Shown here: in pieces, positions 48,376 through 57,650 of the stretch
Layout: each line of letters begins with the position of its first letter
How positions within the stretch are numbered: position 1 is the first letter of the stretch
The notes under the pieces: generated by a model
Seen by the model: only the letters and a program-made list of their open reading frames with translations
Databases searched by the model: none
Told to the model about the DNA's origin: nothing
Made by a program: the position numbers and the translations under genes
Virus record (IMG/VR): IMGVR_UViG_3300007770_000001
DNA: 64,000 nucleotides
Reading direction: 5' to 3' (one strand)
Source: a virus
Lineage: Duplodnaviria > Caudoviricetes

Positions 48376-48952
48376 CCCTCGGCAGGCACTGAAGTGTACC
48401 CCCAGGTGCCGTCATGGGGGCAGGGGACCCACGGGGCCAGGCCCACCCCCTGCTTCGAACTGTAGATCTGGTCCGACCCTCGAGGACCTGAGTACTCCCC
48501 CTCGTGGTTCCGGCCCTCGCTGTCGACGGTGTCTGCGTAGCCGGCCTGTTCCATCGCACAGAAGGAGCACCACCCTTTGACGCTGTCCCCGAAGATGTGA
48601 GTCCGCCGCCAGAGCTTGACACCAGTTCTGCCACACTTGTGGCAGAAGTAGATGTCGCGCTGGGAATCGGAGAGGCGGTAGCCCTTGAGGTTCGCCACGC
48701 CCTCGGCGAAGAGCGGAACCACGTCGTAGTTCTTCTTGCCTCCCAGGGAGCCAAACATCCGGCTCTTGGCGGTGGTGAAGTCCTGGGGGAGGACCAGCGG
48801 ATCCTCCGGTCCCTCTTCCTGTTCCGTAGCGGGGGGACCTCGTCAATGACGGCCCGGATCTTCTGGCGAAGCATCCCATCAGAGAGGCTCAGCCAGGCAG
48901 CGTGGCTGAGGAGTTCGTCGCAGAGTTCGATGGCACGGGCAAGGGAAGCCAT
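48342..48952 (-). pseudogene. Cys-rich phage protein with an apparent frameshift at the G6 tract 48831-48836
   Basis: ATG 48952 has a GAGG RBS. Adding one base in the tract joins MASLARA...DEVPP to ATEQEEGPEDPLVLPQDF...CHKCGRTGVKLWR...WGYTSVP. Confidence 0.55.
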
Positions 48953-49038
48953 GGGGTTCCTCGGTTTGGGTTCACTTGGGATTACCGGCGGGGAGCTCTT
49001 TTCCGAGGGTTTCCCGGTAATGGGCGCCAGGAGGAGAT

Positions 49039-49560
49039 ATGTCCAAAGCATCAGATGCCCTGCGAATGCTCCGTGCGGGGGCCACCAATCAAGAGATCCA
49101 AGCACACTGCAAGGAGAAGTACGGGAAGGGAATCTCCACGCAAACTCTGGCCAACTACCGGAAGGATATGCGGGAGAAGGACTCCACCAGACAACAGGCC
49201 CTGGCGCGGGCTGGGTTCCTTCTCTCGGAAGGGAGGACTCGGAACGCAGCTCAAATCGAGATCAAGAAGCTCTATGGTGTCACCCTCAGCTACAAGACCC
49301 TCAATGGTCTCATGCCTCCTTCCGAGACCGCTCCTCCGGATCCGGAACCGCGAGCCCCGGCTGGGGCAGGCCCGGAGGCTGTGACCGCCCTCACAGTCCC
49401 GACGGAGGTTCTGACCTCCACAGCGGATGACCTGGAGTCCCGTCTGGAACAGACCTACCAGTGGATGAAGGCTCTTGGGGTCGAGACACTCAACATCTCT
49501 GGCGGGGAAGCCACCGTCACATTCAAACAGAGGTTCAACCTCGGAGGAGACACGCCGTGA
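49039..49560 (+). CDS. Probable DNA-binding protein with two HTH-like repeats
   Basis: AGGAGG RBS; two similar segments (GATNQEIQ...KYGKGISTQTL and GRTRNAAQ...LYGVTLSYKTL). Confidence 0.55.
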   Translation: MSKASDALRMLRAGATNQEIQAHCKEKYGKGISTQTLANYRKDMREKDSTRQQALARAGFLLSEGRTRNAAQIEIKKLYGVTLSYKTLNGLMPPSETAPPDPEPRAPAGAGPEAVTALTVPTEVLTSTADDLESRLEQTYQWMKALGVETLNISGGEATVTFKQRFNLGGDTP

Positions 49561-49940
49561 AGCTACGTCTCAAAGGGATCATCATGTGCTCCTTCCAGCG
49601 GAGCGAGGCCACCAACCTCAAGATCTACCGGAAGTCCCCGGAGTACCCTGGGGATCTGCAAGAGGGGGAGGTCTTCCTGTTTGTCTCCCGTGGGCTGAAC
49701 CAGGTCATCTTCGTGTTCCGCGACAAGGAGGGGATCACCAAGGATGGCTGGGAATACGATATCCTGGATTCCCGTCGTCTCCGCTTGGCCGGCGCGACCT
49801 GGCACCCGTACATGCTTCAGGAGTACGCCCGTCAGGTGGGTCTCAGCCTGATTGGCATCCGGTCGTTCGGGGAGATCCTCGAGGAGCGTCGCCAAGAGCA
49901 GCGGGAGCAGCGTCTCGCGCGGAAGCGTCAGGGCAGATAG
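49557..49940 (+). CDS. Protein weakly resembling IS66 Orf2/TnpB accessory protein
   Basis: GTGA coupling with GGAGG RBS; GEVFLFVSRGLNQVIFVF is reminiscent of the IS66 TnpB LFVFxNRRRDRIKIL strand. Confidence 0.35.
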   Translation: MKLRLKGIIMCSFQRSEATNLKIYRKSPEYPGDLQEGEVFLFVSRGLNQVIFVFRDKEGITKDGWEYDILDSRRLRLAGATWHPYMLQEYARQVGLSLIGIRSFGEILEERRQEQREQRLARKRQGR

Positions 49941-50110
49941 ACGCCATCCTTGGTGAGCCTCTCCCGGCAGCGGGGGCAGGTCACTCTCCGGTTGTTGGGG
50001 TTCTCGGTTGCTCTGTGTACCGAGACCATTTCCCCACACCAAGCTCTACGGACCCTTTTACCGGGAGGTCCTTGGATGTCCTGGTCTTGCGCCGCGTGGA
50101 CGACGCTCAA
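49928..50110 (-). CDS. Small Zn-finger-like protein
   Basis: TTGA overlap with the upstream gene; VTCPRC motif. Confidence 0.45.
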   Translation of the reverse strand: MSVVHAAQDQDIQGPPGKRVRRAWCGEMVSVHRATENPNNRRVTCPRCRERLTKDGVYLP

Positions 50111-50841
50111 CGGGAGTGCTCCGCCCTCATCTTGTTGAGGCGGGCCATCTCTGCCGGGTTCTTCTTGAGCTGCTGCCAGCCCTTCTGCATGCCATCATGC
50201 CAGGCGCTGGCGTAGATCTCCCGCAGAGCCGCTCGTGCCTGCCGGGTCGTGTAGTAGGGCTGGTGGCGCTCGTAGTACTCCATGGGCTTGTGCGTCCCAG
50301 AGTCCAGAGCCATGGAGAGGCGATCCCACAGAGCCTGCACCTTGCCGGGAAGGCTCCACTCCCAGTTCTGCCCTACGTCGGCGGAGATGCCCTCGAGGTA
50401 GCCGGGGAAGGCATCTTCATCGGCTCTGTCCTGGTACATCCCGCTCACGTCCATGTTGACGTAGAGGTCTGCGGCATAGGCAGGGTCCGGCTTGCCGACT
50501 TCCTTCCAGATGGTTTGGAGAAGCTTCTCCCAGAGTTTGGGGATGTCCGGCCCGCGCTTGGAGGGGCCCGTCCGAGGCGCTCGGGGAATCGCCCGGCCGG
50601 TGGCGCCGAGATCCTTCAGGGTGACGCTCTTCCCCCGGACAGGAGAACTCTGATTCACCCAGGCGTCGGGGATGCTCTTGTCTCCCCGGAGATACATCCC
50701 CAGATCCATGCCGGGCTTGACGCCCATCCCACGGAGCCAGTTCGCGAAGGCGAGGCTCTCGATCCGGAAAGTCTTGCCCGACTCAGTGGTGAAGAGTTCT
50801 TTGCCCATGTCCGACACCTTCCTTCGGGAGAGTCCTCCCAT
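50107..50841 (-). CDS. Hypothetical protein (true start probably about 50818-50809)
   Basis: Typical codon usage from MSDMGKELF; GAAGGAAGG RBS-like sequence. Confidence 0.6.
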   Translation of the reverse strand: MGGLSRRKVSDMGKELFTTESGKTFRIESLAFANWLRGMGVKPGMDLGMYLRGDKSIPDAWVNQSSPVRGKSVTLKDLGATGRAIPRAPRTGPSKRGPDIPKLWEKLLQTIWKEVGKPDPAYAADLYVNMDVSGMYQDRADEDAFPGYLEGISADVGQNWEWSLPGKVQALWDRLSMALDSGTHKPMEYYERHQPYYTTRQARAALREIYASAWHDGMQKGWQQLKKNPAEMARLNKMRAEHSR

Positions 50842-50890
50842 ATATCAGATACCGTCTCGGAGGGCGTTTGGGAAACCGGTAATCGAGGTC

Positions 50891-51484
50891 ATGGAACCCA
50901 TCAAATACGACGCTCTCTCGACGACCAACGAGGCCCTGGATGCCCTCATCTCAGGCGCACGGGACAACTGCCCGGGCCTCCCCATCGGGAGGATATCGGT
51001 GTTCTCCGGAGAGGGAAGCACCCCAAGCGTCCTGGCTACGGTCTGCATTTTCAAGGCTCTGGCCGGAAGCCGGGAGGCTCTGGCGATTGACTTCGCGGAA
51101 GACTTCTCCCATGAAGCCATCGGGGGCCCTTATCAAGAGATGGTTTCGGTCCTGCAGACTCGGTGCCCTGTCTTGGCTTCAAAGATGGCAGTTGTGGCCC
51201 CAAAGAGGTCCCTGTTGATCCTCAACCGGCCGGACCGAGCTCTCTACAACGAGGACTTCTCATGGGCTGGGTTCCTGAAGGATCTCCGGAAGGTCCTTCA
51301 GGAGCGGGAGTCTATTCTGCTGATTATCCTTCCACCTCTCTCGGAAATCGAGGTGGATCGCACCTGGCGTTCCCCTTCCTCCCTCTGGGCCAACATCGAA
51401 GACCGGGAAGACGGTGTCTACGCAACCATCCGTAAATCCATGGTCTCCGACTCCATGGGCAGAACAGAGAGGATCCTTGCATGA
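50891..51484 (+). CDS. Degenerate RecA-like protein (no Walker A lysine)
   Basis: LSTTNEALDALI...GLPIGRISVFSGEGSTPS...ALAIDFAEDF parallels RecA ISTGSLxLDxAL...GLPxGRIVEIYGPESSGKT...AFIDAEHAL. Confidence 0.5.
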   Translation: MEPIKYDALSTTNEALDALISGARDNCPGLPIGRISVFSGEGSTPSVLATVCIFKALAGSREALAIDFAEDFSHEAIGGPYQEMVSVLQTRCPVLASKMAVVAPKRSLLILNRPDRALYNEDFSWAGFLKDLRKVLQERESILLIILPPLSEIEVDRTWRSPSSLWANIEDREDGVYATIRKSMVSDSMGRTERILA

Positions 51485-52077
51485 TCGTTCCCACAGGCTT
51501 CACTACGCTCGACCACCACGCCAAGGGGTTTCCCCGACCGGGGATCACTCAGATGTGGGCTCCTCTGGGAACCGGCTTCTCGGAAGTCGCGGTCCAGGTT
51601 CTCAAGACAGCCATCGACCACGGGCACCGGGTCCTGTTCCTCGACTACGTGATGGCTCTCTCCAGCGAGGCTCTCGCCAAGCATGGGCTTCGGTTCACGG
51701 ATGATGCGCTCATCTACTGCTCCCCGGGAACCGTACTGGACACCGAAGCGTTCATCGAGCAGCACCTGTCCGACCCCGACGGACCGCGGATCGTCCTGAT
51801 GTACCACCCGGACTACGTGGCACACACCCCTGGAACTCCCCAGTTCGCCCTCTGGACCGATGCTCTCCCCCGAATCCAGGCTCGAGTCATGACGGCGAAC
51901 GCCTGCGTGGTCGGATTCTTCTCGGAGCCTCGGTTCAACGACGAACCCCCCAACGGCACCTGGCGACACCACGCGAGTATGCGGATCCGTTGGATGCCAG
52001 ACCCCAGCACGGGCCTCTGGAAAGTCCACATGAGGAAGTCTCGGGACATCGTCCCCGAGAGGCCCTTCTCTATCTGA
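51481..52077 (+). CDS. Degenerate RecA-like protein 2
   Basis: VPTGFTTLD...GFPRPGITQMWAPLGTGFS...VLFLDYVMALSSEALAKHGL...NGTWRHHASMRIRW tracks the RecA core; the Walker A GKT reads GFS. Confidence 0.62.
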   Translation: MIVPTGFTTLDHHAKGFPRPGITQMWAPLGTGFSEVAVQVLKTAIDHGHRVLFLDYVMALSSEALAKHGLRFTDDALIYCSPGTVLDTEAFIEQHLSDPDGPRIVLMYHPDYVAHTPGTPQFALWTDALPRIQARVMTANACVVGFFSEPRFNDEPPNGTWRHHASMRIRWMPDPSTGLWKVHMRKSRDIVPERPFSI

Positions 52078-53056
52078 CCTGGGAGATTCTCTCCCAGGAC
52101 TTGCCCTCGAGGAGACTCCACATCCGGAGTTGCTCCAGGGCATGGCGAAGAAGACCGATGTCCCGAGCGCCCTTGTCTATCTCGACGGGGGCATCTGATA
52201 CGGTCTTCGCGAGCTCCCAGGATACCCGTACCTGTTGGGCGTTCTCTCGGAGCTTCTTGGAGAGGCTTGGGGACCTCCACCGCTTGCCCTGGAACTCTCC
52301 CGTCAGTATCCCCGCCTCAGCGTCCTGGAGGAGCTGGGGGATGCTTCTGGGCGGTCCTGCGAGGAGCTTCTTCGCCCACCCAGGCCCACATCCAGGGCAT
52401 CCTGGGATGTCATCCGCTCCGTCCCCCGCAAGGCCCAGAACCTCGGCGACTCTCTCCGGACCGACTCCCCAACGCTCGCGCACGGTGTCTGGGGTCCAGA
52501 TCGCGTCGCTGTCCTTGGGACGGGCTGAGATGACGTGGACCTTGTCCGTGACACACTGGTGGAGATCCTTGTCCCCTGTGTAGAGCGCGACTCGGGAACC
52601 CTGGCTCCCGTAGCGCGCCGCGAGGGTAGCCATCGCGTCGTCCGCTTCGAATCCGGAGGCACGGGCCTGACTCCAGCCGAGGATTCCCAGGAGTCTCCGA
52701 AGGACTCTCTGCTGGGCGAACATGGAGTCCATCTGCGCCTGCTTCTCCGGGTCCGGGGGCACTCGGCGGCTGGCCTTGTATCCCTCATAGAGGGCCGTTC
52801 GGTGAGTGTAGCCTCCTTCCCAGCACACAGTGACTGAGCAGGGCCTGTCGGCGTACCTCTTCCAAACACGGCCGACGACCGAGAGGAACCCGTAGATCAC
52901 TCCCGTGAAGATCTCTCGCCCCTCATCGTTGACGAACGAGAGTTCCGAGTGCGCATAGGCGGAGCGATGGACCAGGTGCTGGCCGTCGATCAGAATGTGC
53001 GCGTAGTCGTCGTTCTCTTCGAAGAAGAATGGCATGGTCACCTGGTGGCTGGCCAC
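52070..53056 (-). CDS. 5'-3' exonuclease / flap endonuclease (Pol I N-terminal, T4 RNase H family)
   Basis: LIDG, HRTALYEGYKASR, EADD, TGDKD, LAGDGADDIPGCPGCG motifs. Confidence 0.92.
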   Translation of the reverse strand: MASHQVTMPFFFEENDDYAHILIDGQHLVHRSAYAHSELSFVNDEGREIFTGVIYGFLSVVGRVWKRYADRPCSVTVCWEGGYTHRTALYEGYKASRRVPPDPEKQAQMDSMFAQQRVLRRLLGILGWSQARASGFEADDAMATLAARYGSQGSRVALYTGDKDLHQCVTDKVHVISARPKDSDAIWTPDTVRERWGVGPERVAEVLGLAGDGADDIPGCPGCGPGWAKKLLAGPPRSIPQLLQDAEAGILTGEFQGKRWRSPSLSKKLRENAQQVRVSWELAKTVSDAPVEIDKGARDIGLLRHALEQLRMWSLLEGKSWERISQVR

Positions 53057-53061
53057 CGAAG

Positions 53062-53358
53062 TTACCGCCCTTCCACGTCGACGGGACGGGCCCAGTCCTG
53101 GAGGGTGCGCGCGGCCTCGCGGCGGGCGCGGCGGATAGCCCTCTCGACGGTGCTGGAGTTGACGGAGCTCAGGGAGAGCTCGACACCCTGGACGCCGAAG
53201 CGGATGGTGGTGGTGACGAGGTTGAGACTACCGGGGTTGATGGTGGTCGTGGCCTCGAAGCCATCCCAGAAGGCCCAGCCGGTGGCCGCGTCGTCGGAGA
53301 CGTCGATGTTGGCGTGGGCGGGGAAGCAAGCGGCGAAGGCGGTGCGGTCGATAGTCAT
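53062..53358 (-). CDS. Small protein, paralog array member 1
   Basis: GAGG RBS, strong codon bias; ends RAIRRARREAARTL. Confidence 0.7.
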   Translation of the reverse strand: MTIDRTAFAACFPAHANIDVSDDAATGWAFWDGFEATTTINPGSLNLVTTTIRFGVQGVELSLSSVNSSTVERAIRRARREAARTLQDWARPVDVEGR

Positions 53359-53418
53359 GGGGTTCCTCGGGTCCTTTCCTCGATACTGTTACGTCGAGGC
53401 CGCCCCAGAGGAAACCCT

Positions 53419-53715
53419 CTACGGGTCGATTTCTTTGGCTCGCTCTCGGAGAATCCTCGCCGCCTCTCTTCGAGCCCGCTCGATGGTTTCTCGCGGAGAG
53501 TTCCCGGAGAACTCTGCGAGGTGGAGACCGTTGAACCACACCTCCACGCTGTATCGAGCCTTCTTGTCCGGACCGTAGTCTCGCACCTTGAGCCCGAAGT
53601 TGCCCCAGTAGGTCCCAGCTTCGGGGGGATTCCTGTAGGGGTCAGACCACAGGTGCTCGGGGTGGGGGGAGATCTCCTGGATCGCCTGGAGGACCTGGCT
53701 ACACATGTAGCTCAT
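53419..53715 (-). CDS. Small protein, paralog array member 2
   Basis: YWGNFGLKVRDYGPDKKARYSVEVWFNG...IERARREAARIL. Confidence 0.65.
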   Translation of the reverse strand: MSYMCSQVLQAIQEISPHPEHLWSDPYRNPPEAGTYWGNFGLKVRDYGPDKKARYSVEVWFNGLHLAEFSGNSPRETIERARREAARILRERAKEIDP

Positions 53716-53722
53716 GAGGCCC

Positions 53723-54010
53723 CTACGGCTTGATGTTCCGGGAGAGGTCCTGGAGGTGGGTGTGGGCCAGATACCGAGCGTCCCGGACTGCCTGTTTGAG
53801 GGCGCACCGGGAGGCCTCTCCAATAGGCTTGCCGCTGAACCACACCTTCGCTGTGTATCGGAGGGTTTTCTCAGGTCCGTGGTCCCTCAGATAGATGCTG
53901 AAGTTGTCCCAGCAGAGAACTGCTTCCGGGAAATCGGGAAGATGGTCTACTCGAGCCTGCACAAGTGGTGGGGCCAGACTGCGGAGGGTCTTGATGTCTT
54001 CGGGGGTCAT
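53723..54010 (-). CDS. Small protein, paralog array member 3
   Basis: CWDNFSIYLRDHGPEKTLRYTAKVWFSG...VRDARYLAHTHL. Confidence 0.65.
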   Translation of the reverse strand: MTPEDIKTLRSLAPPLVQARVDHLPDFPEAVLCWDNFSIYLRDHGPEKTLRYTAKVWFSGKPIGEASRCALKQAVRDARYLAHTHLQDLSRNIKP

Positions 54011-54017
54011 GATATCC

Positions 54018-54326
54018 TCAGGCGAGATCGATGATGTAGAGGTCTTCGGACATTTCCCGGAGCCGGGAACCGGCCTTCTGGCGGGCCTTCAGGATGGCGA
54101 GACGGAGGGTGACTTCCTGGACGTGTCCCAAGGGACACCCCGCATCGAGGCCGTCGATGAAGATGCAGACCCCGTAGGGGAGGGGGAAGCGCGGTGACTT
54201 CTTCTCCGTCACCAGGGCCCTGAACACCCCCCACCTCACCTCGGCGTAGGGATGGTCCTCGGAGATCGTGACCTGGGCTCCTGGGGGGAAGCGGGGGGCC
54301 AGGTTCTCTACGGTGAGTTCGCTCAT
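54018..54326 (-). CDS. Small protein, paralog array member 4 (most diverged)
   Basis: GGAGG RBS; WGVFRALV...LAILKARQKAGSRLRE. Confidence 0.55.
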   Translation of the reverse strand: MSELTVENLAPRFPPGAQVTISEDHPYAEVRWGVFRALVTEKKSPRFPLPYGVCIFIDGLDAGCPLGHVQEVTLRLAILKARQKAGSRLREMSEDLYIIDLA

Positions 54327-54328
54327 GA

Positions 54329-54823
54329 CTACATATCCTCCAGCTTGGTGCCAACGAGGGCAATGGTGTCCCCACCGAGGGTCTGGCACAGAGGGCCTCC
54401 TGCGTGGGTGAGTGCGATTTCGGTCCTCTCGTCCCCATTGCGAACAACGAGGATGACCGGGAGATCGTTCCGCTCGGACCAGTTCCGACGATCGTTCTCG
54501 GCGAGAATGCGGCCGATGCGCTCGTGGAGCTTGCGAAGAGAGAGGGTCCGGTCAAGGACAGCACGACGGCAGGCCCCCACTTCCTGTAGACGGGCCTGCC
54601 GGACTGCTTCTTCTCGCTTGGCCCTCTGCGTGAGCTCATCTCGCCGAGCCTCTGCACAGGGCTTGCAGGTACGACCCTTGCCGCCTCGAGCGGACACGAC
54701 TTGGTGGCCGCCTCGTCCGAGGCTCTCTCGCCACTGTGCCGTGTACTTCCGGACCACCCAGATCGGGGCTGTTTCGATTTCTCCCAAGTAGGGAGTGTTG
54801 CAGCGGGGGCAGCGACGAGACAT
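54329..54823 (-). CDS. Zn-ribbon hypothetical protein
   Basis: CPRC and CKPC pairs. Confidence 0.6.
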   Translation of the reverse strand: MSRRCPRCNTPYLGEIETAPIWVVRKYTAQWRESLGRGGHQVVSARGGKGRTCKPCAEARRDELTQRAKREEAVRQARLQEVGACRRAVLDRTLSLRKLHERIGRILAENDRRNWSERNDLPVILVVRNGDERTEIALTHAGGPLCQTLGGDTIALVGTKLEDM

Positions 54824-54898
54824 AGGGTTCCAAATGCGACTGGGTTCGGGGGAGTTACGCCCACCCCGAACCCAGGGAAACCCAGCCAGGCCCTTGAA

Positions 54899-55195
54899 CT
54901 ACCGGACGGCTCGGAACTGCGCTGCTGCCTGCGCGATGGCCTTGTTGTTCCGAGTGGACGTGCTCTCCAAGGCTTCCACCAGATTGGGCAATCCGGCCGA
55001 TGCCTGGATCTTCTCCGCGATGGTCGCTTCGAAGAGCCTCACGAATACCCTGTCCGTGCGTCGGATGTAGAGACCCCATTCCTGTCGATGGTTGGCAAAG
55101 TACAGACTCTTGCCGTTCTTCAGGGTGACATCAGCAGAGACCTCTGGGAATCTCCGGCTGAGCTCCCGATCCTTGTCCTGGCTGAAGTTGGGCAT
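54899..55195 (-). CDS. Hypothetical protein
   Basis: ATG 55195 with AGGAG RBS. Confidence 0.6.
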   Translation of the reverse strand: MPNFSQDKDRELSRRFPEVSADVTLKNGKSLYFANHRQEWGLYIRRTDRVFVRLFEATIAEKIQASAGLPNLVEALESTSTRNNKAIAQAAAQFRAVR

Positions 55196-55205
55196 CTGGG
55201 ATCTC

Positions 55206-57563
55206 CTACTTGGCCGCTGCCGCCTGGGGCTTCTGGACGGTGTACCAGGAGGTCTCGGGGACGATGTTGACCACCAGACCCCCAGAGAACGTGAAGAAGA
55301 TGCCCTCCTTCTCGTCCTTGCCCAGCTTGACACCGAACTGAGTGGCGAACTCATCCGCCTCGTAGCGGGTGGCGACAGCCTCGAGAGCGCGGGGCAGGAG
55401 GCCGGTACAACCGATTTCCATGACCAGACCCTGGAGGGCGTCGTTGGCCTCGTTGATGGTGTTCGTCGCCACGTCGAGGTAGGCGACGATCTCCTCGTTG
55501 GAGGCCCGCTCGTCGGAGAGCAGGAGGGCGTCGAAGGCGGTGGCCATCAGGTCGTCGGCATCGGTCCAGGCCCCGCGTCCCCGTGGCTTGACGGTGTAGG
55601 TGTCCCCGTTCTGGTAGCCCTGCAGCGTCGGCTTGGCGATCGCCGTCTCCCCGTTGGCGACCTTGTACCGCTTCTTCAGGAAGGCGTTCCCAGACTTGAA
55701 CTTCTTCTTGCTCAGGATGCCCACGGTGCCGAAGTTGACCCGATACCGTGTGTAGGCGTCGATCTCGCCCTTGCGCACAGCCTCGTCCCGGTCCGTGTAC
55801 TCGTACATGGTTGGGGGAGAGAAGTACAGGGCGGGGGTCAGGTGAACAGCCTTGAGGGCGGCGACCTGGGTTCCGCTGTACGGAGAGGCCTGTCCCTTGC
55901 TGACCATTGCGGAGAGGGCCTTGGAGCGGGCCATGGCCTGGTTCCGCGAGCTCACCAGGGCCAGGATGTCGGAGGGAGTCGGGCAGGTGTCCGACTCGAG
56001 CCGGAAGCGGCGCATCTCGATGTGCACCAGCTGCCCGGGCCGGAAGCCCTTGGCCACCTCGCTCGGGATCATGAACGGGGTCAGGGCGGTCCAGGCCTGC
56101 TCCGTGTAGATCCGCAGGGGGATCTTGTCCACGTTGCGCTCGCCGCTGGAGATCACCGTGTAGGACCGGAAGTCCTGAAGGCGGCTCACGTCGACGAACT
56201 GGACCTCCCGGACGATCTCGCCCTCGGACAGCTTGAGATCGACATCCCGGACCGTCTCCAGCTGCACGGAGGCGTCGGTCGTGTTGAACTTCATCCCGCG
56301 GATGAAGACCCGGTTTCCTCGTGGCTGTAGGGAGGCGGCCAGCGGGATGACGTTCCCCTCCGGGTCCCGGCGACCCGGGATGCGACGCAGAGAGCGCCGC
56401 CGGTAGGAGGAGAGGAAGCGGTCGGTGTCCAGGCCAACGCTGCGGGCGGGGAGCCCGTTGAGAACGTCAGCCAGTGTGAACAGGTTGTACTGGGGCCGGA
56501 CGTTGCGGCCCATCTCGTAGGCGTCACTGTTGCCCGCGAGGACCCAGGCGATGAGGTCCTCGAGCATGTCGGACAGGGTGGAGGGGGTCATAGCGCTCTG
56601 GTGCGCATCCCACAGCGTCTTGTTGCCACTGGCGAACAGGACCTCCTTCGCCTTCCGGAGATCCTGGAGGCTGGTGAGCGCCATGGTCAGGGCCCCGTGG
56701 AGGTAGGTGTCCTCCCGAGAGACGGCGTGGACACCCTTGGCAGCCTTGGTCGTCGCGGGGACCTCGGTGATCTCGTAGATGTCCACCACCTCGTTGGCGC
56801 CGACACCTGCGAGGTTGAGCTCGCTGTGGGAGGCGTTGACCTGGCCAGTGGTGCGGTTGATCGCCAGGAGGAGCCCGTCGTTCTGCGGGGTGATGGTCGT
56901 AGCCGGGGCGACGCCTGCGGAGAGCAGCGTCTGGGTGTCCTTCATCACAGTGAGGACTTCCCGGAAGGATCGGGCACGGACGGTGGTGCCGGAGAGCGCG
57001 TTGGACATCGCGTTCATCCGGGGCCAGTCGCACCAGGATCGGTAGCCGATGCAGTTCAGGAACAGACCACCCACCTTCCGGGCGTCGGAGACGAATCGGT
57101 CGAGGTTCCGGTTCTCCTGGTAGGAGGAGGGGGAGTTGGCGTAGCCATCGGTGAAGAGGCTCATGCCGGTGGTCTCGCCCTTCCGGACGTGCTTGAGGCC
57201 GAGGTTGAGGGCCTGGCTGATCCCGGTCAGGAAGCTGGCCCGGATGGCCCGGAGCTTCTTGAGGTAGGGGTTGTCCAGCTTGAGGACCTCGGACACGGGG
57301 ATGCGAACCCAGTGCTCGGTGACGTCGCCGTGGGTCGAGAACGAGATCAGGGTGGTGAGCACCCCCTCGTTGGTCATGGACTCGACGGCGAGGGACTGCT
57401 CGAGGCTCTGCTTGAGCTTCTCGATGTCGCCCCACATTGAGCCGGAGCGGTCGATGACCATGATGTGGTGGCCCACGGTGGCCGAGGGGGTCGGAGGGGT
57501 CTCAGGGGTGAGCGGCTTCAGCAGGAACAGGGAGCTTGCAGTGCGAATGAATCTGGTCGACAA
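55206..57563 (-). CDS. von Willebrand factor A domain protein (about 785 aa)
   Basis: MIDAS VIDRSGSM...T...LFTDG; TTG start after GGAGG; strong codon bias. Confidence 0.8.
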   Translation of the reverse strand: MSTRFIRTASSLFLLKPLTPETPPTPSATVGHHIMVIDRSGSMWGDIEKLKQSLEQSLAVESMTNEGVLTTLISFSTHGDVTEHWVRIPVSEVLKLDNPYLKKLRAIRASFLTGISQALNLGLKHVRKGETTGMSLFTDGYANSPSSYQENRNLDRFVSDARKVGGLFLNCIGYRSWCDWPRMNAMSNALSGTTVRARSFREVLTVMKDTQTLLSAGVAPATTITPQNDGLLLAINRTTGQVNASHSELNLAGVGANEVVDIYEITEVPATTKAAKGVHAVSREDTYLHGALTMALTSLQDLRKAKEVLFASGNKTLWDAHQSAMTPSTLSDMLEDLIAWVLAGNSDAYEMGRNVRPQYNLFTLADVLNGLPARSVGLDTDRFLSSYRRRSLRRIPGRRDPEGNVIPLAASLQPRGNRVFIRGMKFNTTDASVQLETVRDVDLKLSEGEIVREVQFVDVSRLQDFRSYTVISSGERNVDKIPLRIYTEQAWTALTPFMIPSEVAKGFRPGQLVHIEMRRFRLESDTCPTPSDILALVSSRNQAMARSKALSAMVSKGQASPYSGTQVAALKAVHLTPALYFSPPTMYEYTDRDEAVRKGEIDAYTRYRVNFGTVGILSKKKFKSGNAFLKKRYKVANGETAIAKPTLQGYQNGDTYTVKPRGRGAWTDADDLMATAFDALLLSDERASNEEIVAYLDVATNTINEANDALQGLVMEIGCTGLLPRALEAVATRYEADEFATQFGVKLGKDEKEGIFFTFSGGLVVNIVPETSWYTVQKPQAAAAK

Positions 57564-57650
57564 GGGTCCTCCAGGGTGGATTGCCCTTCTGGTTACCGTA
57601 TCGCAATGCATTGTTAGGCAATATCGCGACTATAGATTTGGTCAGGTGTC

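Noticed and set aside
49039-49940. Intact IS66 element
   Set aside because: No transposase gene, terminal inverted repeats or target duplication were found.
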